From: Girardia tigrina
Lineage: Eukaryota
Length of the DNA: 64,000 nucleotides
Direction: 5' to 3'
NCBI GenBank assembly: GCA_001938485.1
Contig: MQRK01226361.1
Coordinates: 54,712-118,711 of the forward strand
Shown: positions 12,790-25,587 of the stretch, one piece after another
How the letters are laid out: every line of letters begins with the position of its first letter
Numbering within the stretch: position 1 is the first letter of the stretch
The notes under the pieces: model-generated
Told to the model about the DNA's origin: nothing
Databases searched by the model: none
Seen by the model: only the letters and a program-made list of their open reading frames with translations
Translations under genes and position numbers: made by a program

Positions 12790-13412
12790 TGAACATATTT
12801 AACTGTTTGCTTTGCGATGGAAATTGTGATTTTATTATTGAAAATTACCTGCTTCACTGTTCATAGGTCCATGTTGAAAATAGTCGGAGCAATGAATTAC
12901 GAATTTACTTCTTGGTACGAAAGCCTCACAACGATCGACAAGAAAACCAGCGCGGTGAAACACACGCGTTTCAGTAGTGCCTTATTCATCCAACGTACCT
13001 TTAGGATAGTACTGATGTTGATCCAGTGATTTCGTTTCAACGAATGATACGGTCAAAAATTTGTCCTGTACAATGGCGAGACAGATGTCTATTATCTCAA
13101 TTTATGTGACAATGCATTTTAGGGTATTTTTATGAAAATAATGCAACATATTTATCCAAAAACTACATGTGGACTTAAAGAAGCGATTAGGACTGCTTTT
13201 CAGTACATTGACTGTGAAATGCATTGAAAGATAAACGCCAGATCTTTTTACGGAATAAATCTCTATATTGAACTCGAAGGAATTCAAATCGACTCTTGTA
13301 ATGTCTAGTTTACATTTATTTTTCAAAATAGAAATTCTTTCCTGAAAAACAAACTATTGAGCTTTAAATTAAAGAACAATTTGATTGGTTGTGACTTTTG
13401 GTATGCCCTGTG
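12790..13412 (+). mobile_element. Degenerate Tc1/mariner (rosa-like) 3' fragment
   Basis: Relic peptide CDNAFxGIF..TTCGLKEAIRTAF; TIR-like end ACTTTTGGTATGCCCTG. Confidence 0.5.
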
Positions 13413-13573
13413 TAAGAAATTATAAAATAATTCTATCAAATAATAATAAATTAACTAATTATTTTCGACTATCGATTTTATGTTAAAAACGATGTGTTCG
13501 CTGTCATTCCGTATTTTACAAGGTTACATTAATATAATAGTGATTAAAATGCAACCAAACAATACTCAATCTA

Positions 13574-14881
13574 CAGGGTGATCATAAGTAACTACGGGGT
13601 TTTAAACTGCAATAACTTTTGAATTATATTGTATTTCTTTTTAATTATAAAGGCATCTTGAAGCTTATTCTTCAAAATTTAATTAAAAGTACATTTTATT
13701 TAAATGTATTAATTGTTGTTATTGTTTTAAAGGTAAGATTCAAAATGGATGTAAATCAGCGTGTAAAAATTGTTATTTTATTTTCGAAACATGAGTCAGT
13801 GACTTTATTAAGAAGAGAACTTCGACAACTTAAATGGAAAAATATTCCAACCGAAAAAAGTATTAGAAGCATCTTCAAAAAGTTTGAAGAAACAGGAAGC
13901 GTTCTAAATGCCCCGAAATTTAGAAGACCACCAATTGATGATGAAAATAAAAATGAGATAGCAGATCATTTTAAGCAAGAACCCCAGTCTTCTATCAAGA
14001 AATCGTTGTTAACTCTGAATTGCTCTTATGGAACTGTTCAAAAAGTATGACGAAACGACTTTAAGATGTTCCCATACAGAATTCAAGCCACGCAACTTTT
14101 GTATGAAGAAGATTGCGCTCTTAGACCTGTTATGTGTGAAACGTTAATTCAATCAATAGATGTAGATGAAAATTATCTTAGTAACCTGATATTCTCTGAT
14201 GATTCAACTTTCCATCTTAACGACAATATAAACAGACATAACTGTTGAATTTGGGGCACTGAAACACCAACCGAAACATATCAGAGGTCACAGGCTAGTG
14301 AAAAAGTTAATGTTTGGATGGGGTTGTCTTCAACTCGTGTTTATGGGCCTTTTTTGGTTGAAGGAAACAACAGCGGCGCTTTACCTGGATATGTTAAAAA
14401 GTTGCTTTATACCATTGTTATCAAGAACATGCAAACGGAAAGCTTTGTTCCAGCAATATGGAGAACCTGCCCATTATTCACTGAATGTGCGAAAATTTCT
14501 GGATGTAGTGTTTCCACAACATTGGCTGGGACGATGTGGTCCGTATGTATGGCCAGCCAGGTCACCTGATTTGACACCACTCAATTTTTTTGTGTGGGAG
14601 TATATGAAGAATGAAGTGATAAGAGAAAACCAGAAACAATTCAGCAACTTAAAGATTTTATTTGTCAAGAAGCGGCAAAAATAGATGGTGAAATGTGCCA
14701 AAATGCCATTAAGTCTTTTTATGGACGCCTTAAAAATTGTATTGATGTCGATGGTTATTCTGTTGAATATTATTAAATTTTAATAAATGCTTTTTTGTTA
14801 TTTAAAACCATTTTTTAATAATGTTTTGCCAAAAAAAGTTATTGTAGTTTAAAACCCGGTAGTTACTTTATGATCACCTTG
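13574..14881 (+). mobile_element. rosa/DD41D Tc1/mariner transposon, full-length defective copy A
   Basis: TA TSD and ~50-bp TIRs (CAGGGTGATCATAA..). Broken transposase with KFEETGSV, IFSDDSTF and WPARSPDLTPL; 41 residues between the 2nd and 3rd catalytic positions. Confidence 0.95.
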
Positions 14882-15359
14882 TATGAGACGAAACCTGTCA
14901 CTCTCGCAGATATCGACTCACATTGGCTTTCGCATTAAATTTCAACATAAAACTCTACATGAAATCTGAGGAAAAGCTCTGAATATCTCAAAATTTATAA
15001 TCAATGAAATTATCAAGATTGACCCCAAGTTAAAGGTGCACAAGCTTAAGACCACATTATAGCATACTGAACTACGCAATTGATTACAGTCGAAATATAT
15101 TTTGTTTTGAATTTCATTTTAAAATCGAACTCGTATATAAAAAAACAGGAACATGGAAACTATTGGAAAAATTAAGTTGTATTCTTTGGGATGAAAAATA
15201 ATTTTGAACTTGCTTATGAAAATTGTTTTTTCTAATCAAAATTATATTAAAAAATTTACTTTTCCGGAAAGTAAAAAAACTCTTTTCTAATCAAAGTAAA
15301 ATGTATTTTAAAACTTTTTATTTTAAACAAAACCAAAAATTAGAAATGTCCACAAAAAT

Positions 15360-16269
15360 TAGTAATCCAATTTGTTGAGATCAAGGCTGTTCATCTTTCG
15401 AAATGAAGTCAAGGTTTTGCCGCCAATCTTGTATCTAGAATGCTTTGTGAGCTGGCACTGAATCTATCATAAAAGTCTAAGGTCGATCGTCCATAGGTAC
15501 TTGAGCCCAAGATAAAATATTTTCCTCAAGCATATTTCGATATAGATTGTCGTTGATTTTAACTCCAGCATATAGAAAAACCAATTGAAGTTCTCTATAA
15601 TATGTGATTCCTTTCCCAACCATACCATCTTTTGTATTTTCGTTCCGTTTAATCACTCTTTTATCTTTCGTTGATTCATCTTCAGTGTAAACCTTTCAAT
15701 TATGCGGGTTTAATCCATGCCCCACAGTAAATATTTTCTTATCGGAAAAAAATGATTCGTCTGTTTTGATTGTTTGAAAACTGTTTCAAAAGATTTCGTA
15801 CTTTTTCCAATCTCTTTCCTACATTTCAGGCGTCACCAAATGACGTTTCTTAATTTTGTGCACTTTTTATTTGGGGTCAATCTTGATAATTTAATTGATT
15901 ATCAATTTTGGAATATTCAGAGCTTTTCTTAGATTTCATGTGGAATTCTTCTTAGTCGAGTTGTTTCGATTGGGCACTTCTTAAATATCCTTAATGTTAA
16001 TTCGTTTTGTTGCAGTTTTTGAGGTTCCTCTTGTACGTAAATCCTCATAACCTCCTTACTCGATATCATTTCCTTATCTTTATAACGGTAGATTTAATGT
16101 CCAAAATGCACTAAATATAAACATTTTAAACTCCATTTTGATAGATATTTATAATAGCAGATCGCTACTATTTCGTGGATTTTATTTTTCTAAAATAAGC
16201 GTTTTTTAATAAAGGTTTGTAAAATGGAATGAAAGATAATGAAAGAGATTTCTTATTTACTGGACACCT

Positions 16270-16272
<3 letters not shown>
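15360..16272 (-). mobile_element. Degenerate maT-like transposon
   Basis: CAAGGTGTCCAG terminus abutting (TA)n. Relic peptides FFSDKKIFTV, GVKINDNLYRNML and DSVPAHKA..DFISKDE. Confidence 0.65.
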
Positions 16273-16312
<40 letters not shown>

Positions 16313-16318
<6 letters not shown>

Positions 16319-16920
16319 AATCTGACTATTCATATATGAGTTACTATACATGTGTTCAAACAGATTTTTCATATTTTGCTTGCTTCGCCGTCTATAACCT
16401 ATGTGCATTCAACACCACTTTACACTATAATACACAACATATCAATAAAGCACTAGGTAATGATTTTTTCAAAATATATATTGCACATGTGCTAATCAAT
16501 ATTTCACATATGCAGCCTACCTAGGGTTAGTGCAAGTGTGCAAAATCAATAAGTTCACAATTGTGCAAAGTGCAATACATTCATGTTTTTTATATAATAT
16601 AAGGTAAAGTGGGGCCGAAATCTCATAGGGTATAGAGATCCAAGGTAGTAAGATATCAAAATTCTGTCTGAACAAATGTATAGGAACCCATAAATCAATA
16701 GTCGGAATATGATCTTAGATTTTTGAAAAAATCAATATCTAGTGCTTTATTGATATGTTGTGTATTATAGTGTAAAGTGGTGTTGAATGCCCATAGGTTA
16801 TAGAGGGCGAAGCAAGCAAAATATGAAAAATCTGTTTGAATACATGTATAGTAACTCATATATGAATAGTCAGATTCCATATCAACATTTTTGAAAAAAT
16901 CGATACCTAGTGCTTTTTCG
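16313..16920. repeat. ~168-bp satellite-like unit: tandem copies (~16555-16920) plus an inverted copy (16313-16474)
   Basis: 16313-16474 is the reverse complement of 16721-16882 (the same pseudo-peptide appears on both strands in the ORF track). A more diverged tandem unit precedes 16721. Confidence 0.8.
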
Positions 16921-17093
16921 AATATATGCACAATGTACATATTATGCCCGCAAAAATTTAATTGGCGCAGTTTAATTGTATAAACGCAGTTTAAACAAAC
17001 TTTTTTGTCATATATGAACAATATTAGACTTGCATCAACTTTTTATCACTACCGAAACACACGTTTTGAAAACGATACACCCTAATATATATA

Positions 17094-18470
17094 GAAGGTG
17101 TCCAGAAAGTCTTTGACCTTCTACATTTAACTAAAAACGATCTAATTTCATTTTATTTTATAGACAAAAATCACATTATTATTATCACGATCATTATTGA
17201 AACTTATAAAATAGCTATGCTTTAAGTTATTCGATTTGAAATACTCCACTATCTATGATTTGTCGTAAGTTTGAACTTATGGGACAGAGTTGTTTTGCAA
17301 TTTAAATTTGATTAATTTATCTTATTATATTGCTATATGCTCATTCTTTTAAATTATGGCCGCCATGAATCAATTTCTAAACATTGAAGAAAAGGTTTAT
17401 TTTATGTCATCGACAATTTACCTATAATAACTGCGAGAAGAGCAGAAGATTATTCAACGAACAGTATGGAAAGATGCTCAGTCGGTATCAACAATAAAAT
17501 ATAGGAAAGCTAAGTTTCATGAAACTGGATATTTAGTCACAGATTCACCAAGATCTGGAAGACCCAGAACAGCTTCTAATGACGAGAATAAAAAAATGTA
17601 TTCGGCACTATACCTGAACATTCCACAACATCAGTAAGAGTCATTGCTGAAGAAATGAGTTTCTCAGTTGGGATGGTGCACAATATTTTAAAGGAAGAAA
17701 AAATTCACCCATACAAACCGATGAGTTGTCAGCTTCTTTTTAACGATGATAAGGATCGAAGAGTACAATTTTGAGATTTTATTTAAGTCAGAATGGGATA
17801 CATTCTCCCTTTGTTCTCAGACGAATACGTCTTTACATTGCAAAGAAAACCTGACAACCATTGGGTGCGAATCGATAGAGCAGGTAAGACTTCAACTTTG
17901 ACGGCGTTGGTATGCACTTGATTCAATGGAATTGTTTATTTTCACATCTCCACTGAAATAATTTTACATACTGCTCTATCTTCAATGACAAAAAGATTCT
18001 ACAGACTCTGGAAGACACTGGATATTCCAGTAAGATGGTGCTGCAAGTCACTTCAGTATTAATGCAAGGCCAATCTTGAACCAGTCTCTCCCGATGTTAC
18101 GATAGATGAGGTGCACTGGAATGGACTCCACGAAGCCTTGACCTTACGGTATGTGACTTCTGGTTCTGGTCGTATCTTTGAAGCAAAGTTAATGACCCAT
18201 TTTTTCTTCAAGAAAAAATTCAAAATGAATTGACGCTTATTTCCTCAGAGCATGTTTAGAAAAGCAATGAACGATGTTTCTTTAGGAATCCGCAGATGTC
18301 TGGATGAGGAAGGAGATTTATTTGAGTGATATATTTATATTTTACAGTTGTATTTATGTATTTTACTTTATTAATATTAATAAATTATGTGATTTTTGTC
18401 GAAAAAAATAGAATTAAATTCGATCGTTTTTAGTTAAATGTAGTACGCCAAAAACTTTCTGATCATTCTG
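17094..18470 (+). mobile_element. Tc1/mariner (rosa-like, long TIR) defective copy
   Basis: ~85-bp imperfect TIRs. Relics KFHETG, PRSGRPRTAS, HPYKP, FSDE, FQxDGAASHF and DLTVCDFWFWSYL. Confidence 0.85.
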
Positions 18471-19771
18471 AACGCATAATTTTTTAAAAATATTATATAA
18501 ATTAATAAATATAATTTAAGGATAATAAACAATAGTACAAAAATAGACATAAATTTCATTTAATGAATATTTTAATAATATTGTAAAAAATTTATGGACA
18601 TAAATAGCTTAATAGAAAATTAAGTTAATTTAAAGTCTTAAATTTTCATTTACTCTACCGAAAAACAATCAAATATTTAACCAAAATATTCGAAATATAA
18701 TTTTTAGTATCGAGAATATTATTTACATTTCCCAATTTTTATAATACAAGAAATTTTGGTTAAACGAAATAACAAATGATAAACTAACATTAAATAACGG
18801 TGGTTTTTTATCTGCCATAGTTGACATTTATATCGGCCATTAGGTTTTCCAAAAGATATTAAATTGATATAAAAATTTAATAAGTTTTATTAATCAATAA
18901 AATATAATATTTCGATCAATCTTTAGATATATTTTATTTGCAATCAAATCCTTTTTATGTTACTTTTTTATCAAAATAAATAATTTTTATACAAATTTGT
19001 CCGTGCGAATTTCGTTTAGTAAATTTTATAATTGTATATATATTCTTACATCGTTATTACGATTCGGAAACGTTTTTAGAGCACTTAAATGATTTCAGTT
19101 TTATTTATATTTATAAATGTAAAACGATGTAGTGCCTTTTTTCAAAAATATTCACTGAGGTCGGTAGTAGTTATTAAGAAAACTTTATAATTATCAATAC
19201 ATTTATTGACATCACAACTCGAATTGCTTCCAGGACAATTCTCCATAAAACTTTCGTAGTTAGACTTCGTTACAGATTGAACAAAAATTTCATTCTATTT
19301 CTAAACCTCTAATTATTCGAACAAATTTAATTTACAAAATTATTTTAAATTATTTTCAAAAATATTTTAATTTTATTTTAAATATATTATTTTTGATTAA
19401 AATATTATTATTTTATATTATATCGATTAAAATATATTAATTTAATTTAAAAATTGATATTTAAATTTTTAAATTGTCCGAATAATTTGAAAGTTCAAAA
19501 CATTTAAAATATCATTTTACCATCTGGATGGGAGAAACACAATCCTAAAACAACATACCAAACACAACATAAAATAAATACCATTCGAAAATATTCCTCA
19601 CAGTAGAAATCTGAAGAATGGTCATGTGCCAAAATACATTAACTTTTGTTTCTTGGATAAAAATAGTTTGTTGCGTTCTGTCCTTACGCCCAACAACAAA
19701 CAAACTATAAAACCAAAACACAATTCCTTATTTCCAAAATATATTAAACGAATGTTTTCTTTAAATGGGTC

Positions 19772-20062
19772 TGTTGCAGTCTCTCATTTCGATCCCGCTC
19801 CGGACTACTTAATTGTCGCAATCATTTCTGGTCGAAGACCCCGATCAGTCGCATGTCCGTCCTCTGAAAATCAGCCGGTTCTCCTGATCGCTACCAGACA
19901 GTGAAGGCACGCCGGTTCCCTCGTCGTTTCCGGCAGGTTTCGAAAGTATGCTGACTCGAAAGATTTAACTAGGATTATGTGACCAAGTGTTGACCGAAAT
20001 CCGAAACGAGAGCGACTTTTGAGTCGTTAATAAAGTATCATTTATTTCCAGAAGGAATAACA
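19772..20062 (+). mobile_element. Possible solo LTR (TGTT...AACA)
   Basis: GC-rich non-coding island starting TGTTG, with AATAAA near the end and ending AACA. No matching TSD seen. Confidence 0.3.
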
Positions 20063-21784
20063 AATATCTTTGTTTTATAACATTTATTATTTTTCATATA
20101 TACATTTTTTTATGCGTTTAAAAAAGCGTCTTTATATTTCCAATTCATAAATTCTTCGGTTCTTCTAATGTTTTCAGGGTATATTTCTAATGTGTCCGAG
20201 ACATTCGACTGATCCAGCTCGATACTCAGAGTGGGATCCAATCATCCAATTTCGAATAGTGAGTCAATCAAACTTCCTACAGATCAAGCAGCCGAAAGCG
20301 GTGATAAGGTAGTATCTAAATTCCGAAATAATAATATTATGGTAGAAGTTGAGCTAAAACCTCCTCGTATAATAGTTATTTTCCTTTGTTTTCTCACAAT
20401 GGTTGTACCTATTCCAATCAGTTTGTCATTTAAATACTCTAAGATTAAAAAAAAAGAAAATACAAGTAGCCTGAATTAACAATTGGCCATCCGTTCAACA
20501 CGAAAAAGATTAAACAAAATTCAAACACGTCACTTAAAAAAACATTTAGCAACAAAATTTCTTTTTTGAATAAACCCAGGGTTTGGTTTTTTTCTTGACT
20601 TTCTTTCACTCGCATAAACTCTCACAAAAATGTGAGGATCAAACAGATCCCCTTACAATTAATTGTGATTATCATGCGAGCGTTGGTTGTCTCATCTGAG
20701 GTTCTCATTCGATGGACTGAAACATTCAGCTTGTATAAAAATCAAACTTCTCCGAAAGCATGCCGTGAAAAGTGTGGATTACCGATTACTATATTACTTT
20801 CAAAAAATATAGATATTTTTGTTTACGCCTTTTTCATGAGGGGCCCAAATATTCAGGATGAGTCTGGATATTCTAGATTAAATAAACACCCGTCCCGAAT
20901 ATTTGAGCCGGGGGACAATTTTATTGGGGGCCAAAATATTCTTTTACATCTGTCACGTAAAGCAAGAGAGCTTGAATTATTTTTCTGTCATGGATATTGA
21001 GCATGATTTATTTCGTAGCACTTTTGCAATTGAGATCAAATAACAAATATTATAAAAAAAATTTATATTTGATAATCACAAAAATTGTACATGGATCTTT
21101 GATATAATAATTGAATTGAATAACAATTTACTTGAAATCTATTGAAAATTTATATTTTTATATTTGATTTTTTTTGAATTTAATTTTTCTTGTGTTTGAA
21201 TTTTTTGCTTTTTATTGTGTGAATTTTTTAAATTTTCAAAGGATATTTATACCCGATTTTATTTATATATAAATATATATATATATANNNNNNNNNNNNN
21301 NNNNNNNNNNNNNNNNNNNNNNNNNNNNNNNNNNNNNATATATATATATATATTAAAATATATTAAAGTTTTAAATTTTTTTTAAATTATTTAATTTTAT
21401 ATTTTATTATTTATTATTTATTTTTTTAAAATTTTGACCAACATGTGGCACAAATTTTTCATATTTATAATTATTTTTGTGATTAGTTTGCAATTATTTT
21501 TTTCTAATTATCCGCCAACTGCGGATTCTCTTCAAATAGAAAATTTCCAGATGTCGTGAAAATCACGACTTGATTGCCGCTAACTGCTGCAAAACTGGGA
21601 ATCCATTCCCATAAATTAAAACAAATGTTATATCTACTTGGGTGAGATGACACGCGATTGGCGAAGCCAATCAGTTCATCGCCCAAGTAGAAAAATTTCC
21701 CATTTCTATTATTTTATGATTAAAAAGTAAGTTAAAAAATTTTGAAAGTTTTTTAATTCATTTTTATTTTTAAAAATTTTAAAG

Positions 21785-21990
21785 TAAATAAATAATAATA
21801 ACAATAATAATATAATATTTTAATAACAATATTAATAATAATATTACTTTTAATAATAATTATAATAATATAATAATAATAATATAATAATAATACAATT
21901 TTTTATCATTAAAATAATAATTTAAAAAATAAATAAAGATAAAATTAATAATATAAATAAATATTAAATTAATAATAATAAAAAATAATA
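21785..21990. repeat. (AAT)n-rich low-complexity tract
   Basis: Imperfect AAT runs. Confidence 0.8.
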
Positions 21991-23698
21991 ATTATTTACT
22001 AAGATTTATATACCTATATATTTCTTTATTATTATTATCCCAATTAACCGCCTCGCATCCCTGAGCAACCTGCTCAAACAAAGGGAAGGTTAAAATGTGA
22101 TTATCCGTCCTGTTTATTTGATTTATTTATTTACTATTTTTCTTAATTTTTTTTATTTAGGACAACGGGTAAGCTCATTTATATATTTTATATTTTTCAT
22201 ATTTAGAGAATCCCAACAAATATAAGTATTGTTAGGAATTTGTGATTACGAAAATTTTGGAACGTTATAATTTTAAATTGTAAAATTTTAAAAATTTACA
22301 AAACTGCTAAATTTAGAAATTGTAAATTTGAAAATTGTGAGATTTTAAAATTTAAATTAAAATTTTAACGTATTCATAAAGAAAATAATGCTCCGCAGAA
22401 ATGTGGCTAAGAATCAGAAATTTGTATTGAAATAAAAATTTGAAATTATGTCTTATCTCCATCTTGAGTTCGATTCAAATACGGGTTCCTCAAATATGTC
22501 CGAACCATAACAAGTACAAAAATGACAAGAAAGGCATTCATATTTTAAGACATAATATTATATAATCTTTTACACACATAAAAATATTTTAAATAACCCC
22601 CTACATTAAGAAGATAAACATTTTTTAAATATTTGAGCATATACATTTGAGTTTAGTTATAATGAAAACTCTGAGTTTGTTAGATATGAAAAAAGTTTTT
22701 TTTAAGTTTTTAATAATGTAAAGTTATTATTTAAACATTGTATTTATATTAATATCATATTTTTGAAATTAAAAATGATAATTTATATTTATTTGATAAT
22801 CGTAAAAGTATTTTATATTTCTTATTTATAAATGAATGAATAAAAAGATAAAAACGATTTTAAAAGGTCAGAAATAAATAAGAAGTACTAATCAAAACGA
22901 CCATTAAAAAGGTCATGAGAAAATTATTATTTATTTATTTAAAAATAATAATTTAATTAATATTTTTGGATAATTTTTCATCAATTGTAATTTTTAAGCC
23001 TCAAAAATGCTGAAATAAGAAACACTAAGACACAACTTGTTAAAATTATTAGAAACTAGTAAATCAATAAAAAAAATTTTATATCCATTCTTTATGCGGA
23101 CAGAACTCTACTTGGCCAACATTATTTTTTGTTATCTTTCGTAGAGGGGAAAATTACTATTACATTATTTAATAAACTTATTATGTTATTAGTAACTATT
23201 TGAATCTTTTTCAGAAGGGAAAATTTCATCCAAAAAAATTTACAACTCCATTTTGCAATTAAATAGGTACTTATAACATAATAAATTTATCATAAAGCAT
23301 GGAAGAAAAAAAAGCATTTCTATTTAATACAGTTTAAACATTTGTGGATAATCGCAAAACTTTTTTTGCAAAAACACTTTTTTGATTTACTAGTTTGATC
23401 AAATTTTCACATAATCATTTCTTGTCATCGAAAATGAGTAAATTCGTAAAGTTTGGAGAAAATTGATTGAGTAAAAAGTCTTCAAAAATAGTATTNNNNN
23501 NNNNNNNNNNNNNNNNNNNNNNNNNNNNNNNNNNNNNNNNNNNNNNNNNNNNNNNNNNNNNNNNNNNNNNNNNNNNNNNNNNNNNNNNNNNNNNNNNNNN
23601 NNNNNNNNNNNNNNNNNNNNNNNNNNNNNNNNNNNNNNNNNNNNNNNNNNNNNNNNNNNNNNNNNNNNNNNNNNNNNNNNNNNNNNNNNNNNNNNNNN

Positions 23699-23737
23699 AG
23701 AGAGAGAGAGAGAGAGAAAGAGAAAGAGAAAGAGAAA
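23699..23737. repeat. (AG)n/(AGAAAG)n microsatellite at gap edge
   Basis: Direct reading. Confidence 0.9.
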
Positions 23738-24026
23738 GTAAGCAAATAAAAAGAATGGAAATAACATTATGAATCAAGCTTCATCATAGGTTACAAATCG
23801 TGGTTATTTTATTATCAATCAATTTGTATAAATCTGATTTTGTTAATATATTATAATCATTTAAATTTAGAGAAACAAACAATTTGATACTTAAGTGATG
23901 TAAAATCGAAATATTGGATTATTCGGAATTTATTTCCTTTTTCCAAATGGAGGACCTCATTGTATTTTTTCACAATCAACTTCACACTTAAGGCCCACAA
24001 TTATTTTATATATTGGTACTGCTATA

Positions 24027-25190
24027 CTAGGGTGAAAAAAGTTTTTTCGTTATTCTATGCCTTACATTGTGACAGTTATTTTACATGAGTATTCTATTTT
24101 AGCATTATTGATTTTTATATTATTTATTATGGTACTGTATAACGAATCTCCTAGTATAATGTTGGTTTATTCATTAAACGTTTGTTTGCTTATTCCTATC
24201 AGATTACAGAGAGCGGAAAATAAAGAATTCGTTTCTCAAGTGGTAACGTCAATTTGGAAGACCAACCTCGCTCTGGGCGACCATCTGTTGTTGATGGTGA
24301 CACTCTACGTCAAGCTGTGGAAGAGCAGGCCTGCACCAGCACGCGGAGATTATCAACAGAGCTTGGTCCTTCACAACCCACTCAACATCCTATTAAATAT
24401 ATTCATCACCTGGCCTTGTTAATAGATGGTGTTGATAATTTCCTCACGAACTGAAAACCACTCGAGCACAAGAGCAAATTGATCTCTGCAAAGAATTGCT
24501 TGCTGACCCCCATGACATACGCTTCTTCAGGAGGATCGTGACGAGGGACGAAAAGGGATATTTTTTTCCGTAATCCCAAAAAGGAGAATTGGTGGCTCTA
24601 TCCTGGTATGCTCGCCAAACCCGTGGTTTAACAAAGACGCTTCGTTCGTAAAGTTATGCTCTGTGTATAGTGGAATTTCGAGGGGGTGATCTACTTCGAG
24701 CTGGTTTCGGAGAGGCATACTGAAAGTGCCAAACTCTACATTCAGCAGTTGGATAGTCTACGCCATCCTTTGTGAGCACTAACCGGCATTGGCCAATCGC
24801 AACCGAATTCTCCTACAAGACAACGCTCCGACACACACTGCACGTTTGACTCGTGGTAAAGTACAAGAGCTGCAGGGGATCGAAATTTCGCTACGCCCTG
24901 CCTACAGCTACAACCATGACCCCAATGACTACCACCTTTTCGGACAATGGCGCATTTTCTCAAAGGGCGGCAGTTCGATTCAGTAGATGAGGTTGAACAA
25001 GAGTGCCGCGATTTCTTTGCTTCTAAAACAACAGAGTGGTATACCGGTGGAATCGAGCAACTGACTGAGAGATGATTGAAGACCATCGAAAAGAAAGGTC
25101 TATGTTTCGAAGAATAAAAGTGTTCTCTTTAAATGCTTTGTTATCTTGAAAATATAAGGGGAAAACGAAAAAAATTTTGAATCACCATAG
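24027..25190 (+). mobile_element. Defective mariner
   Basis: TA-flanked TIRs (CTAGGGTGAAAAAAG / AATCACCATAG). Relics DQPRSGRPSVVD, RIVTRDEK, KVMLCVxWNFEGVIYFEL, LLQDNAPTH and DYHLF. Confidence 0.9.
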
Positions 25191-25587
25191 TAGACTTGTT
25201 TGTTCAAAATATTAACTTGTTAAACTTTAAATATAAAATAAAAAAATATAAAGAAATATATAAATATAAAAATGCAACATATTTACTTTTGCTCTTTTTT
25301 TAAATGTTTTACTAATAATAGTTGAAATAATGATACTTTCAGTAAGAATTTAAACAAAATTTTTTAGAAAAATTCAAAAAGTTTTAAAATATTCGGGATT
25401 TAAACAATATAATAATGGTAGAAATTTTGATACTTTCTGTTAAGAATTTAAACAAAAATATAAATAATGTTTGGACACTTTTGTCGGGGTACCATTCAAT
25501 TTTTATTAAAAGATTGAGACATACTATTATTTTGTGTACATTGATTGTATTTGTTTGTACCTCAATCTGAATATATTTTGATGATTA

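Noticed and set aside
15670-15690. CTGAAGA..GAAA on the minus strand
   Set aside because: Lies in transposase coding relic and has no helix II.
16315-17021. Paralogous small proteins MESDYSYMSYY on opposite strands
   Set aside because: Chance ORFs within the inverted satellite-like unit.
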